In this document: positions 48,521 through 58,510 of the stretch, one piece after another
Layout of the letters: every line of letters begins with the position of its first letter
Position numbering within the stretch: the first letter of the stretch is position 1
NCBI GenBank assembly: GCA_963819465.1
Contig: CAWFWC010000012.1
Location: 21,319-85,318 of the forward strand
Source of the DNA: an uncultured Alphaproteobacteria bacterium
GTDB taxonomy: Bacteria; Pseudomonadota; Alphaproteobacteria; Rhizobiales; Xanthobacteraceae
Direction: 5' to 3'
DNA: 64,000 nt
Notes under the pieces: model-generated
Databases searched by the model: none
Told to the model about the DNA's origin: nothing
Seen by the model: only the letters and a program-made list of their open reading frames with translations
Program-made: the position numbers and the translations under genes

Positions 48521-48843
48521 GGTGCGCGTCCTAAAAGCTTAGGGTTCAGTCCGAACGGAATTTCGAAATTCGATTCGCGTCGGGGGCCGCGGCACGATGA
48601 GCAGCAGATGCGCACAAGGCTCGTCAGATCGGTCTCGAGCTTGCCGCGCGCAGCGGCAATCAAGCGAAGCTCGGCCGGCACCTGGTTGTAGGCCGTGATC
48701 AGATCAACCCCGCGCTGCTTCCAGCAGGGCGATCCGCATTTCCGCGTGAATCTCAGGGTAAAAGTTACTGGTTAAAATTTAATAGTTTCGTCCGAAACGA
48801 ATGGGGGAGAGACCCGGCTAACTCACTTTTCTATTAAAGGAAA

Positions 48844-48868
48844 AGGCCGCGGCATTCCGCCGCGGCCT
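48844..48868 (-). terminator. Rho-independent terminator of the symporter gene
   Basis: Arms aggccgcgg / ccgcggcct form the stem. On the minus strand the hairpin is followed by ttttcctttaat. Confidence 0.7.
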
Positions 48869-48903
48869 GAGCAATTCACCTTCGCTTCGCGAAGCCAGCG
48901 CGA

Positions 48904-50469
48904 TCAAGCGTGGTAGTCGACCGGCTTGGTCTCGTCGATCCGCGTCTTGCACATCGCGTTGAACACCGGCGTCAGAACAATCACGACGATCAAATTCAGC
49001 ACGACGGTGTAGAGCGCCGTGTAGCCGGGGAAAGTGAACCCCGCAAAGTGAAGCGGGAAGTTCGGCGTGTAGTTGGCGGCAACGAACATCCAAATGCCCG
49101 TTGCGGTGCCAACCGCCCAACCGACCAACAATGCCCAGTCATTGAACCAACGCGTATAGACGCCAAGCATCACCGCCGGCAGCGTCTGGATGATCAGGAT
49201 GCCACCCAAGAGTTGCAGGAAGATGGCGAATTGGGTCGGCAGAAAGATAATGACGATGAGCGCGCCGAGCTTGACGATCAGCGACACCCATTTGGCCATC
49301 TGCGCTTCCTGCTTCTCCGTCGGATTCTTATTGAAGAACTCCTTGTGGATGTTGCGCGTGTAGAGGTTGGCCGCAGCGATCGACATGATCGCTGCCGGCA
49401 CCAGGGCGCCGATGCCGACCGCGGCGAAAGCAATGCCGACGAACCATGACGGGAAGGTGTGCAGGAACAGCGCCGGCACCGCAAAATTATTGCCGAACTG
49501 TTTGAAGCCGGCCGCGAATTCCGGAAGCGTTCCGACACCGGCGGCGATGGCGAAGAAGCCGACCAGCGCCAGCAGGCCCAGCATGAACGAATAGCCCGGC
49601 AACATCGCGGCGTTGCGGCGGATGGCATGCCCGCTGTTTGCGGCCAGGATGCCAGTGACGGAGTGCGGGTAAAGGAACAGCGCCAGCGCGGAGCCCAAAG
49701 CCAGCGTCGCGTAGACACCAAAAGTGCCTGTCGTGTTGGCGCCGGGAACGGCGAGCAGCACCTTTGCCGGCGGCACGGCAGCAAAGATCTTGCCGAAGCC
49801 GCCAAGCTCGATCGGAACGATGATGACCGCCGCGAACGCGGTGATGTAGATCAGGATGTCCTTGACGATCGCGATCGAAGCCGGCGCGCGCAGCCCGCTC
49901 GAATAGGTGAACGCGGCGAGAATGATGAAGGCGATGATCAGCGGCAGATCGGCGACGAGCCACGAGCTCGAGCCGACACCCACACCCATGCCGCCGATGA
50001 CGACCTGAAGGCCGACCAGCTGCAGCGCGATATAGGGCATCGTCGCGACAATGCCGGTGATGGTGATCGCGAGCGCGAGCCAGCGATTGCCGAACCGGCC
50101 ACGCACGAAATCCGCCGGCGTGATGTAATTGTGCTTGTGGCAGACGTACCAGAGGCGCGGAAACACCAGGAACAGGATCGGATAGATCATGATCGTGTAG
50201 GGCACCGCGAAGAACGCGATCGCGCCCGCGCCGAACGCCAGTGCCGGAACGGCGATGAAGGTGTAGGCCGTGTAGAGATCGCCGCCGATCAGGAACCAGG
50301 TGACAATGGTGCCGAAACGGCGTCCGCCCAGGCCCCATTCGTGCAGTTGGTCGAGATCACCCTTGCGCCAATGCGCTGCGGCAAAGCCCAGCCAGGTGAT
50401 GAACGCGAACAGCAGAATGAAAACGGTAAGTGCTGTCCAATTGATCTCTGCCACGATGGCCTCCCCCAA
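48904..50469 (-). CDS. Sodium:solute symporter family transporter
   Basis: This polytopic ORF has about 13 hydrophobic segments with an SSF-like layout. The likely true start is GTG 50454 (MAEINW...), preceded by ggggagg. Confidence 0.85.
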   Translation of the reverse strand: MGEAIVAEINWTALTVFILLFAFITWLGFAAAHWRKGDLDQLHEWGLGGRRFGTIVTWFLIGGDLYTAYTFIAVPALAFGAGAIAFFAVPYTIMIYPILFLVFPRLWYVCHKHNYITPADFVRGRFGNRWLALAITITGIVATMPYIALQLVGLQVVIGGMGVGVGSSSWLVADLPLIIAFIILAAFTYSSGLRAPASIAIVKDILIYITAFAAVIIVPIELGGFGKIFAAVPPAKVLLAVPGANTTGTFGVYATLALGSALALFLYPHSVTGILAANSGHAIRRNAAMLPGYSFMLGLLALVGFFAIAAGVGTLPEFAAGFKQFGNNFAVPALFLHTFPSWFVGIAFAAVGIGALVPAAIMSIAAANLYTRNIHKEFFNKNPTEKQEAQMAKWVSLIVKLGALIVIIFLPTQFAIFLQLLGGILIIQTLPAVMLGVYTRWFNDWALLVGWAVGTATGIWMFVAANYTPNFPLHFAGFTFPGYTALYTVVLNLIVVIVLTPVFNAMCKTRIDETKPVDYHA

Positions 50470-50595
50470 CTCTCTTCTTGCCTTTCTGGTCGTTAGACGC
50501 GGAACGCAGAAGGATTTCCCGTTGAACGTAGCTTATTGCGCGGCCGCCCTTGTGTCAGGCGAAACTGATCGGCCGGCTCATCCGGTTCGTCGTCT

Positions 50596-50841
50596 TCACC
50601 GATGCTCGGCGTCGGTGGCGAAGTAGACGATTGCCGTGAGGATCGCGCCGATGATCACCCAGAGCATCTGATACCAATAGAAGAACGGTATCCCCGCCCA
50701 GGCCGGCTCGATCTTGTTGTAAAACGGCGGCCAAAGCACCGCGATGAATTGAACGATAAAGAGCAGATACCACCAGCTCCATCCCGGCGTTTTTTCGGGC
50801 CGATCATTGGTGGTGCCCGGCGTCGCGTTTTGCAGGCTCAT
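50596..50841 (-). CDS. Small 2-TM protein upstream of SSF symporter (DUF3311-like)
   Basis: This 81-aa ORF contains WWYLLFIVQFIAVLWPPFYN and FFYWYQMLWVIIGAILTAIVYF. Small proteins of this kind typically partner SSF permeases. Confidence 0.65.
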   Translation of the reverse strand: MSLQNATPGTTNDRPEKTPGWSWWYLLFIVQFIAVLWPPFYNKIEPAWAGIPFFYWYQMLWVIIGAILTAIVYFATDAEHR

Positions 50842-51012
50842 GTTTTTCCTGGCCCGCGGCTTTCGCCACTAGACCAACCCCCGGTCAACATTGGCGACAT
50901 GCGCAGAGCAGCGCGCGTCATCCGTCACCCGCAACCATAATCGCTGCGCCCGCCGATTCAAAATGAAATGGATGCTGCGTTGCAACGGGAAAATTCCGCG
51001 CAGGCGTCCGAT

Positions 51013-51087
51013 TGGAGCGGGCGATGGGAATCGAACCCACGACATACAGCTTGGGAAGCTGTCGTTCTACCACTGAACTACGCCCGC
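51013..51087 (-). tRNA. tRNA-Gly (anticodon CCC)
   Basis: The reverse complement, GCGGGCGTAGTTCAGTGGTAGAACGACAGCTTCCCAAGCTGTATGTCGTGGGTTCGATTCCCATCGCCCGCTCCA, folds as a cloverleaf. It has a 7-bp acceptor stem, the anticodon loop TTCCCAA, the T-loop TTCGATT, discriminator U and an encoded CCA. Confidence 0.95.
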
Positions 51088-51143
51088 GCGGCGCGCAGCA
51101 TAGCCAAGCCGGTGGAGGCACGGAAGAGCGCCGGCCGAAGCGT

Positions 51144-52820
51144 TCAGGCGGCGCGGACCGCCGCCAGCAGGCTCTCCACCTCGCTGGTCAGCCGGTTGCC
51201 CTCCTGCGACAACGACTTGGCCGAGGCCAAAATCTGCGCCGAGGCCGAGGTAATCCCGCTCGCACTCTGGTTGACGTCGCCGAGATCGGTGGCGACATGG
51301 GCGGTGCTGCCGGTCGCCGCCCGGACATTGTCGGCGATCTCGCGCGTGGTCTGCGTCTGCAGGTCGACCGCGGCGGTGATGGCGCCGGCGATCTCGGCGA
51401 TGCGGGTGATGGTGCTGCCGATCTCCTTGATGATGGCGACCGAGTCCTGGGTCGCCGCCTGCACGCCCATGATCTGCACGCTGATGTCGCTCGTCGCTCT
51501 GGACGTTTGCGCCGCCAGCGCCTTGACCTCCTGCGCGACCACCGCGAAGCCCTTGCCGGCAGTGCCGGCGCGCGCCGCTTCAATGGTCGCATTCAGCGCC
51601 AGCAGATTGGTCTGGTCGGCGATCTCGGTGATCAGCTTGACCACATCGCCGATACGGCCGGCCGCGCGCGTCAATTCGGCGATGCGGCCGTCGGTCTGCT
51701 CCGCCTGCACCACCGCTTCGCGGGCGATCCGCTTCAATTCCTGGACCTGGCGGCTAATCTCGTCGACCGACGCGATGAGCTGCTCGGTGGCGATGGATAC
51801 CGATTGCACACTGTCGGCAGCCTGGGTCGAGGCCGCCAGCACCTTGCCGGACATATCCCGCGTCGCCTCGGCCATGGCGCCGAGCGCCTCGGCGGCCGCC
51901 TCGAGCTCGGTCGACGACGACGACACCGTATGCGCCACACTCGCGACGGTCTTCTCGAACCGGCCGGCAACGTCGTTCATGTCAGTGCGGCGCTGCTCCT
52001 GCATACGCCGCGCCGTTTCCTTCTCGGCGATTTCCAGCTGCTCGACGCGGATGAGCTTTTCCTTGAAGGCCTGCGCGGCGCGGGCATTGTCGCCGACTTC
52101 ATCGGCGCGTCCGAGGTAAGGGACCTCGACCTCCTTGTTGCCGTGAGCGAGCGCGCGCAGAACCTCGCCGATGCGGCGGATCGGGTTAGCGATGTTCACG
52201 GCGCCGAACACGGCCAGGCCCGCCAGCACGGCAATGACGAAGAGCCCGATGCCAAGATCGATCCGGCTGACACGCTGCCGCTCGGCGCTTGCCTGCTCAT
52301 TGCGGTCTTCAGCGGCGCCGATCAAATCTTCGGTCGCCTCTTCGATCAGCACGTTCATCTGCCGGCCGAGTTTGACGGCCTGATCTATCTTGGAAACAGT
52401 GTCGCCGTAGTCCTTCGCGATCGCGGCGAGATCGGTGCTGACCCCGACATAATCGGCGGCGAGCGCACTGATCTTCTGCAATTGCTGCTTTTCCGCCGGC
52501 TCGTCGCTCAGACTGACCGCGGTATCGACATGGTGCGCGGCTGATGCCGCATCGGCGCGCAACTGCGTCAGCGCGCGGTCGATGTCGGCTGGCGCGATGG
52601 CGAGACGCATCTCGCGCATGGCGATCTGCATATTGCCGAGATCTTTGGCGGCGCGGAGCGCTTCGACGGCGGCGAGCTGCTTGTTCTGTGCAATCACACG
52701 CTGATGCGCGGCCCAGCGATCTCCGATCTGCTGCTCGGCAAGCATTCCGGCGACGAGCAACACGCCGAGCGCCGCCCAGATCGCGAGCTTCGTGCGAATG
52801 GGAAAATCGAAGCTCAACAT
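51144..52820 (-). CDS. Methyl-accepting chemotaxis protein
   Basis: The signalling hairpin is [41 protein letters not shown]. An N-terminal TM segment is followed by the sensor region and a second TM segment. Confidence 0.92.
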   Translation of the reverse strand: MLSFDFPIRTKLAIWAALGVLLVAGMLAEQQIGDRWAAHQRVIAQNKQLAAVEALRAAKDLGNMQIAMREMRLAIAPADIDRALTQLRADAASAAHHVDTAVSLSDEPAEKQQLQKISALAADYVGVSTDLAAIAKDYGDTVSKIDQAVKLGRQMNVLIEEATEDLIGAAEDRNEQASAERQRVSRIDLGIGLFVIAVLAGLAVFGAVNIANPIRRIGEVLRALAHGNKEVEVPYLGRADEVGDNARAAQAFKEKLIRVEQLEIAEKETARRMQEQRRTDMNDVAGRFEKTVASVAHTVSSSSTELEAAAEALGAMAEATRDMSGKVLAASTQAADSVQSVSIATEQLIASVDEISRQVQELKRIAREAVVQAEQTDGRIAELTRAAGRIGDVVKLITEIADQTNLLALNATIEAARAGTAGKGFAVVAQEVKALAAQTSRATSDISVQIMGVQAATQDSVAIIKEIGSTITRIAEIAGAITAAVDLQTQTTREIADNVRAATGSTAHVATDLGDVNQSASGITSASAQILASAKSLSQEGNRLTSEVESLLAAVRAA

Positions 52821-53000
52821 TCTCGGCCCGTCACCACCAGGGTGTCATGATTAACGGCCGCGGTTAATTCAACGTAAAATTTTGCTCACAAATCTTCCCT
52901 ATCTCCTTGTTGGAACAAGGTTTTTGCTAGTGCTTGTACATATCCAAGAGGATCCACACGCATAGCGTGAGCTCAACGCTTGCCCGACCGCGTCATTGCA

Positions 53001-56000
53001 CTATTCCGCAGCGATCCTGCGGTCGGCTTGGGCCGCGATCTCGGTGAGGCATTTTGCGAGTGCCTCGCCTTCGGGATCGAGCAGCGCCGCAGTGCGCGCG
53101 TTGGCGAGCGCTTCCGCGGCTTGGCGTGGCGGCATCGTGCCGGCAAGCGCCGGCGCCATCACTTCGCGTTCGATCAGGCGATAATTCGCGGTGCCGCGCT
53201 TATGCGTATCGCCGTAGCCCTTGATGAGGCGGGCACATTCGGCGATTTCGAGCGCCAGATCGGCGGCCAGCGCCGCGGCCTGCGTGATCATTTTCAGCCA
53301 CAACTCGATGGCGCGCTGCTCCTCGCCATAGCGGAACGTCTTGGGCCGGAAGCCGCGCAGCTTGGCGAGCATGAAGAAGCGCAGATAGCCGGAGATCGAA
53401 GCGGTGTTGACCTCCATGCCCCAATGCGCACGGCCGAAAGCCGGATAGCGCTCGGCGAGACTCAAAATCGGATTGGCGAGCCATGGCGGCAGCACCGAGC
53501 AAAACTCCTCGACGCCGGGCTTGAGGAATTCAGTGACATTGACTGCCTGATCGGGCTTCAGGGCCATCGCACTCTCGATGCGCGCGAACCGCGCCGGATC
53601 GATCTTGACCTGCGCGACGCGGATCACGTCTTCATACGACATGCGTACGGCGAGATGCCGCGCCGTCTCGGCGAGAAGCTTGCCGTTGGCGCCGGCTTTC
53701 GCATCGGCCTCGCGGATCGGTGTCAGGCGATCGAGATAGAGCCGCGCATAGTCCAGATCCTGATAGTGCGCGAGCCGCCGCACGCCTTCGGTCGCAAAGG
53801 CGCGCGCCGCCTCGGGTATCGCCGCGATTTCTGATTCCAAAACGGCCAGCGAAGGCGAGGCCGCTTGCGCACGTTTTTCCGGCACAGCGGCAGCCTGCGA
53901 ACCGCCCTGCGCGGCGGCCAGGCCGGCGCGGAAGCCGCGCAGATTGGCGCTCACGGCCTTGCCGTCGACGCGGATCGCGGCCTCGAACGCTTCGGCCGGA
54001 ATCGGCAACGCTCCGGCACCGGCGATGGCGCCCAGCATCACTGCATTGATCATCGCACCCAATTCGCGCGCGATCGCTTCGAGGTCGAGCAGCAGCGATT
54101 GCTTTGAATTCTTCTCGACCGCGGCAACGAGCTTGGGATGATCGTAGCGCCCGTCGCCCATGGCCATACGCTCGGTCACCAGATAGGAGCGGCTCAGCGA
54201 GGCGATCGTCGTGGTGCGGTCGGACGTGACAAAGCCGCCGGCAATGGCGCGGCCGGCTTCCATCAATTCGCTGGCGACGACGAGATCGACGTCGCCAACA
54301 CCCGGAGACAGGCCGAGCACCGGACGGCGTTCGTCTTTGCCGGCCGCGGCGGGCACCATTTCGATGTGATAGGTCGTGGCGCCCGTGCGCTGCGCCACGC
54401 CGGGAATCGACGTCGATTGCACCGGAAAGTTCTGGCTTTCGGCAGCGGCAACGATCCAATCGGTCAGCACGCCGCCGCCCTCGCCGCCGAGCGCAGCGAT
54501 CAAGACCGTCAAGGGGCGAACGGCTTGCCCCGGCTTCGCGCTGGCTTGCGCGGCCTGTTCGCGGCGCCCCGCAACGGCGGCATCGGGAGTGGAGGTCGGC
54601 TGAAGTTGCGGCAGAGAGTCACCGGAATTTCGCCGGCCGCCGAGCCAGGAAATCACGGCGCGCCGGAATTTTTGCAGCGTTCTGTCCCACCAGTGCGGAT
54701 TGCTGACGATGTCGGCGCGATAGAATGACGGACAGAGCACGGCGGCATGCGCGACCTCGCCGCACAGCCCGCAGCCGACGCAGCTTTCGACCACTGCCGC
54801 CACCGGATCGGTGCGCAACGGATCGGGGTTCGGCTTCACCGTCAGCGACGGACAGCCGGAGAGCCGGATGCAGGAATGGTCGCCGGTACAAATCTCGTCG
54901 TCGACGCCGAAGCGCGTTTTCACCACACGCTCGCCGCGTTCAAGCTTTGCGGCGTCCTCCGCGCGGATGCGGCGCTGCCGCGCCAGCATGCATTCGCCGT
55001 CGGCGATGATCACCTTGAGGCCGTGCTCGGCGCTGCGCATCGCCTCCTTCAGGGTCGCGACCATCTTCGCAACGCTGTACGTGCGCACCGTGCGCAGCCA
55101 AGTGACGCCGAGCGAACGCACCGCATTCTCGATGCTGATGCCGATCGGCGCGCCGCTGCGACTGCCCTTGCTCGAGGGCAGATATTGCTGGCCGGTCGCC
55201 GAGGCATAGCCGTTCTGCATCACGATCAGAACGCCGTCGCCTTTGTTGAACACGTTGGAGGCGACGCCAGTGATGAGTCCGTTGTGCCAGAAGCCGCCGT
55301 CACCCATCACTGCGATCGGCCGTTTCTCCATGTTCGGACCGACTGCGGCCGCGCTCGCCAGCGACATGCCGTAGCCGAGAATGGAATTGCCGAGCGAAAA
55401 CGGCGCGAAGGTCGCGAACGAATGGCAGCCGATGTCGGCGCTGATATGCGTCGGTCCGATTTCGCGCTGCGCCAGCTTGATCGCGGCAAAGACCGGCCGC
55501 TCCGGACAGCCGGTGCAGAAATTCGGCGGCCGCGGTGGAATGTCGCCGACCGTGGCGGTGACCGCCGGCTTGTGCGCGAAAAACTCCTGCGCATGCGCGG
55601 CGACCGCGGCGGTGTCAACGCCGGGCGGTTCTGTCTGCTTCAGGAAAACCGAAATGCCGCGCAAAAAGATTTCCGAGGTGTAATCGCCGGTGCGCGGCAG
55701 GCAATCCTTGCCATGCACGCGCGTCGCGCTGCCGGCCTCACGCAGCACGACATTGATCTGCTGCTCGACATAATCGGGCGAGCCTTCCTCGACCACGAGC
55801 ACGGCACGTTTGCCGGCGCAAAAGTCCTTCACCTCGTCTGGCACCAGCGGGTAAACGACATTGAGCACATAGATCGGGATGCGCGATTGACCGTAAAGAT
55901 CGGCGAGATCGAGTCGCGACAGCGCCCGCAGCAGGCCATTGGTCAGGCCGCCGAGCGTGATGATGCCGATGTCGGCAAGCTCGCCGGGAATGAGCTCGTT

Positions 56001-56753
56001 GAGCTTCTGCTCGCGAATGAATGTCTGCGCCGCCGGCAGGCGCTGCTCGACCTTGAGGCGCTCCTGCGTGAAAATCACCGGCGGATGCGCGAGCCGTCCA
56101 TAGTCAAAGCGCGGCGGACCTGAGAGCCGATGCTGCCCGCTATAGGCGCCGCGCTTGTTGTCTTTAGCGATAAATTCGCCGGTGACATGGCAGGCGCGCA
56201 CCCGTAGATCGAGCATCACCGGCGCGTGGCTCGCCTCGGAAAGCTCAAATCCCTTTTCCACCATGTGTACGATGGTCGGCAAATCCGGCCGCGGATCGAG
56301 CAGCCAGATCGAGGATTTCAGCGCATACGCATAGGAGCGTTCCTGAATGACGCTCGCGCCCTCGCCATAGTCCTCGCCGAGCACGATCAGTGCGCCACCG
56401 ATGACTTCCGGCGACGCGAGATTCGACAACGCGTCGGCCGCGACATTGGTGCCGACAATCGATTTCCAGGTCACCGCTCCGCGCAGCGGATAATTGATCG
56501 ATGCGCCGAGCATGGCGGCCGCGGCGGCCTCGTTGGTGCAAGTTTCGACATGCACGCCGAGATCGGCCAGAAGCTCGTCGGCATCCACCATGACGTCGAG
56601 CAGATGCGACACCGGCGCGCCCTGATAGCCCCCGACATAGCTGACGCCGGATTGCAGCAGCGCTTTGGTGACGGCGAGAATGCCCTCGCCGCGAAAAGTC
56701 TCGCCGGCGCCGAGCCGCAGCGCGGCCACTTCTTTCTTGAATGAGCGTTCCAT
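53001..56753 (-). CDS. Indolepyruvate ferredoxin oxidoreductase family protein (fused alpha/beta, 1250 aa)
   Basis: The N-terminal TPP/PFOR-like region includes GGYQGAPVSHLLD, GEDYGEGASVIQERS and CTGCPERP. A 4Fe-4S motif, CVGCGLCGEVAHAAVLCPS, is present. The C-terminal part is IorB-like. Confidence 0.88.
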   Translation of the reverse strand: MERSFKKEVAALRLGAGETFRGEGILAVTKALLQSGVSYVGGYQGAPVSHLLDVMVDADELLADLGVHVETCTNEAAAAAMLGASINYPLRGAVTWKSIVGTNVAADALSNLASPEVIGGALIVLGEDYGEGASVIQERSYAYALKSSIWLLDPRPDLPTIVHMVEKGFELSEASHAPVMLDLRVRACHVTGEFIAKDNKRGAYSGQHRLSGPPRFDYGRLAHPPVIFTQERLKVEQRLPAAQTFIREQKLNELIPGELADIGIITLGGLTNGLLRALSRLDLADLYGQSRIPIYVLNVVYPLVPDEVKDFCAGKRAVLVVEEGSPDYVEQQINVVLREAGSATRVHGKDCLPRTGDYTSEIFLRGISVFLKQTEPPGVDTAAVAAHAQEFFAHKPAVTATVGDIPPRPPNFCTGCPERPVFAAIKLAQREIGPTHISADIGCHSFATFAPFSLGNSILGYGMSLASAAAVGPNMEKRPIAVMGDGGFWHNGLITGVASNVFNKGDGVLIVMQNGYASATGQQYLPSSKGSRSGAPIGISIENAVRSLGVTWLRTVRTYSVAKMVATLKEAMRSAEHGLKVIIADGECMLARQRRIRAEDAAKLERGERVVKTRFGVDDEICTGDHSCIRLSGCPSLTVKPNPDPLRTDPVAAVVESCVGCGLCGEVAHAAVLCPSFYRADIVSNPHWWDRTLQKFRRAVISWLGGRRNSGDSLPQLQPTSTPDAAVAGRREQAAQASAKPGQAVRPLTVLIAALGGEGGGVLTDWIVAAAESQNFPVQSTSIPGVAQRTGATTYHIEMVPAAAGKDERRPVLGLSPGVGDVDLVVASELMEAGRAIAGGFVTSDRTTTIASLSRSYLVTERMAMGDGRYDHPKLVAAVEKNSKQSLLLDLEAIARELGAMINAVMLGAIAGAGALPIPAEAFEAAIRVDGKAVSANLRGFRAGLAAAQGGSQAAAVPEKRAQAASPSLAVLESEIAAIPEAARAFATEGVRRLAHYQDLDYARLYLDRLTPIREADAKAGANGKLLAETARHLAVRMSYEDVIRVAQVKIDPARFARIESAMALKPDQAVNVTEFLKPGVEEFCSVLPPWLANPILSLAERYPAFGRAHWGMEVNTASISGYLRFFMLAKLRGFRPKTFRYGEEQRAIELWLKMITQAAALAADLALEIAECARLIKGYGDTHKRGTANYRLIEREVMAPALAGTMPPRQAAEALANARTAALLDPEGEALAKCLTEIAAQADRRIAAE

Positions 56754-56834
56754 CTCTACTTCTTGTATTCGAGATACTTATGGCGTTGCCAACAATTCAT
56801 ATACCTATTGGCGCACGCTACCACACAGCTAACA

Positions 56835-56856
56835 AATTCGCGCTGTGACGCGAATT
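56835..56856. promoter_or_regulatory. Inverted repeat in divergent IOR / ABC promoter region
   Basis: The arms aattcgcg and cgcgaatt are separated by ctgtga (8-bp perfect arms, 6-nt spacer). The repeat lies next to an AT-rich stretch at 56760-56830. Confidence 0.3.
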
Positions 56857-56960
56857 CTCGCAGCGCCCTTGTCCTTCCGCCACGGTCGGCTAGGGTGCCC
56901 CTCAGGGGACGGCGCCGAGCGCCACGTTCGACGCTTTTGGGGAACACAAGGCAGGCGTGG

Positions 56961-57755
56961 ATGGGTGGACAAGGCCAAATTGTCATTGACCGGGTCAACC
57001 ACACCTATCGTCCACCGCGCGGACGCCCGGTGCTGGCGCTGTCGGACATATCGCTGGAAATCCGGCCCCGCGAATTCCTGGCTTTGCTCGGTCCGTCGGG
57101 CTGCGGGAAATCGACGCTGCTCTATTTGATTGGCGGATTTCTGCCCATCGAGGGCGGCCGCATCCTGGTCGGGGACAAGCCGGTGGCGGCGCCCGGACCA
57201 GACCGCGGCATCGTGTTTCAACATTTCGCACTGTTTCCGTGGAAGACCGTGCGCGCCAATATTCTCTATGGTCTTGAGCGCAAGGGCCTGCCACGGCCGG
57301 AGCGCGAGAAGCAGGCGCAGTCGTTCATCGACATGGTCGGGCTGCGCGGCTTCGAGGACAGTTATCCGTCGCAACTGTCCGGCGGCATGAAACAGCGCGC
57401 CGCGATCGCACGCACGCTCGCCATCGATCCGAACATTCTTCTGATGGACGAGCCGTTCGGCGCCTTGGATGCGCAGACGCGCGCGATCATGCAGACCGAG
57501 CTTCTGAAAATCTGGCAACGCTCGCCGAAGACGGTGGTCTTCGTCACCCACGATGTGCAAGAGGCGGTCTATCTGTCGGAGCGGGTGGCGGTGATGTCGG
57601 CGCGGCCCGGACGCATCAAGGCGATCGTCGAAACCAGGTTTTCAGATCGCAATCCGGGAATCCTGCGCAGCAAAGAATTCCTCGAGAAGGTCGACGAATT
57701 GTGGAGCCTAGTCCATGACGAGGCGGTCAAGGCGCAGGAGACGGTCGGCTCATGA
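56961..57755 (+). CDS. ABC transporter ATP-binding protein (NitT/TauT family)
   Basis: Walker A (GPSGCGKST), the signature LSGGMKQR and Walker B (LLMDEP) are present. Confidence 0.9.
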   Translation: MGGQGQIVIDRVNHTYRPPRGRPVLALSDISLEIRPREFLALLGPSGCGKSTLLYLIGGFLPIEGGRILVGDKPVAAPGPDRGIVFQHFALFPWKTVRANILYGLERKGLPRPEREKQAQSFIDMVGLRGFEDSYPSQLSGGMKQRAAIARTLAIDPNILLMDEPFGALDAQTRAIMQTELLKIWQRSPKTVVFVTHDVQEAVYLSERVAVMSARPGRIKAIVETRFSDRNPGILRSKEFLEKVDELWSLVHDEAVKAQETVGS

Positions 57756-58510
57756 CGTCTGAGGCCGTCATAAAAACCTTCATCCGCTATTTGCCGATCG
57801 TCATCATGGCGATTGCCTGGGAAGTAATCGCGCGCATGAATCTCGTCGATTCGCTCGCACTGCCGCCTTTGAGCCAGGTCGCGGTGGCCTGGGCCGATCT
57901 GATGCGCGACGGCGAGCTCGTCAATAACGGCGCTGCATCGCTCTATCGCGGCAGTGTCGGTCTTTTGCTCGCCATCGCGGTCGGCGGCGGATTGGGCATC
58001 GCCATGGCGCGCTCCCGCATCATCGACATGTTCATCAACCCGCTGGTCGAATTGTTCTATCCGTTGCCGAAATCGGCGCTGATCCCGGTCACCGTGCTGT
58101 GGCTCGGCTTCGGGGACGGCTCCAAGATCCTTCTGATTTTTCTCGGCTGCATGATCCCGGTCACCATCGGCGCCTATAACGGCGCCCGCGGCAGCGATCA
58201 CGCCTTGATCTGGTCGGCGCGCGGCATGGGCGCCGGCAGCATGCGCATGATCTTCGATGTCGTGCTGCCGAGCGCGCTGCCGGAAATCCTCAACGGCATC
58301 CGCACCGCTCTGGCGCTCGCCTTCATCCTCTTGGTGTCGTCGGAGCTGATCGTCTCACAGAAAGGTTTCGGCTATCTGATCGGCTATCTCGGTTCGACCG
58401 GTTCCTATGAGGGCATGTACGCGGTCGTGCTCACCGTCGCCTTCCTCGGCTTTGCCGCCGACCGGATCTATCAACTCCTGATGCAGAGGCTGCTGCGATG
58501 GCGGGAGTAG
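57752..58510 (+). CDS. ABC transporter permease (NitT/TauT family)
   Basis: This is a polytopic protein. The conserved loop is SARGMGAGSMRMIFDVVLPSALPEILNGIRTALALAF. A 4-nt overlap links it to the ATPase gene. Confidence 0.88.
   Translation: MTSEAVIKTFIRYLPIVIMAIAWEVIARMNLVDSLALPPLSQVAVAWADLMRDGELVNNGAASLYRGSVGLLLAIAVGGGLGIAMARSRIIDMFINPLVELFYPLPKSALIPVTVLWLGFGDGSKILLIFLGCMIPVTIGAYNGARGSDHALIWSARGMGAGSMRMIFDVVLPSALPEILNGIRTALALAFILLVSSELIVSQKGFGYLIGYLGSTGSYEGMYAVVLTVAFLGFAADRIYQLLMQRLLRWRE

Noticed and set aside
46505-52820. tRNA-Gly(CCC) might anchor a genomic island, given the MCPs, the symporter and the gene remnant around it.
   Set aside because: No integrase, transposase or phage genes are present. 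I saw no second copy of the tRNA 3' end that could serve as an att repeat, and composition looks native apart from the short spacer at 48.7-48.8 kb.
56870-56960. A possible guanidine-I (ykkC) riboswitch might lie upstream of the NitT/TauT ABC operon, because of gctagggtgccc...ggcgccgagcgcc.
   Set aside because: Only the short CUAGGGU-like and CCGAG-like pieces match. The conserved 3' half of the motif (ACGG...GGGA...AAAGCCCGGGAG-like) is not visible. Settling this would need a covariance-model scan (Rfam RF00442).
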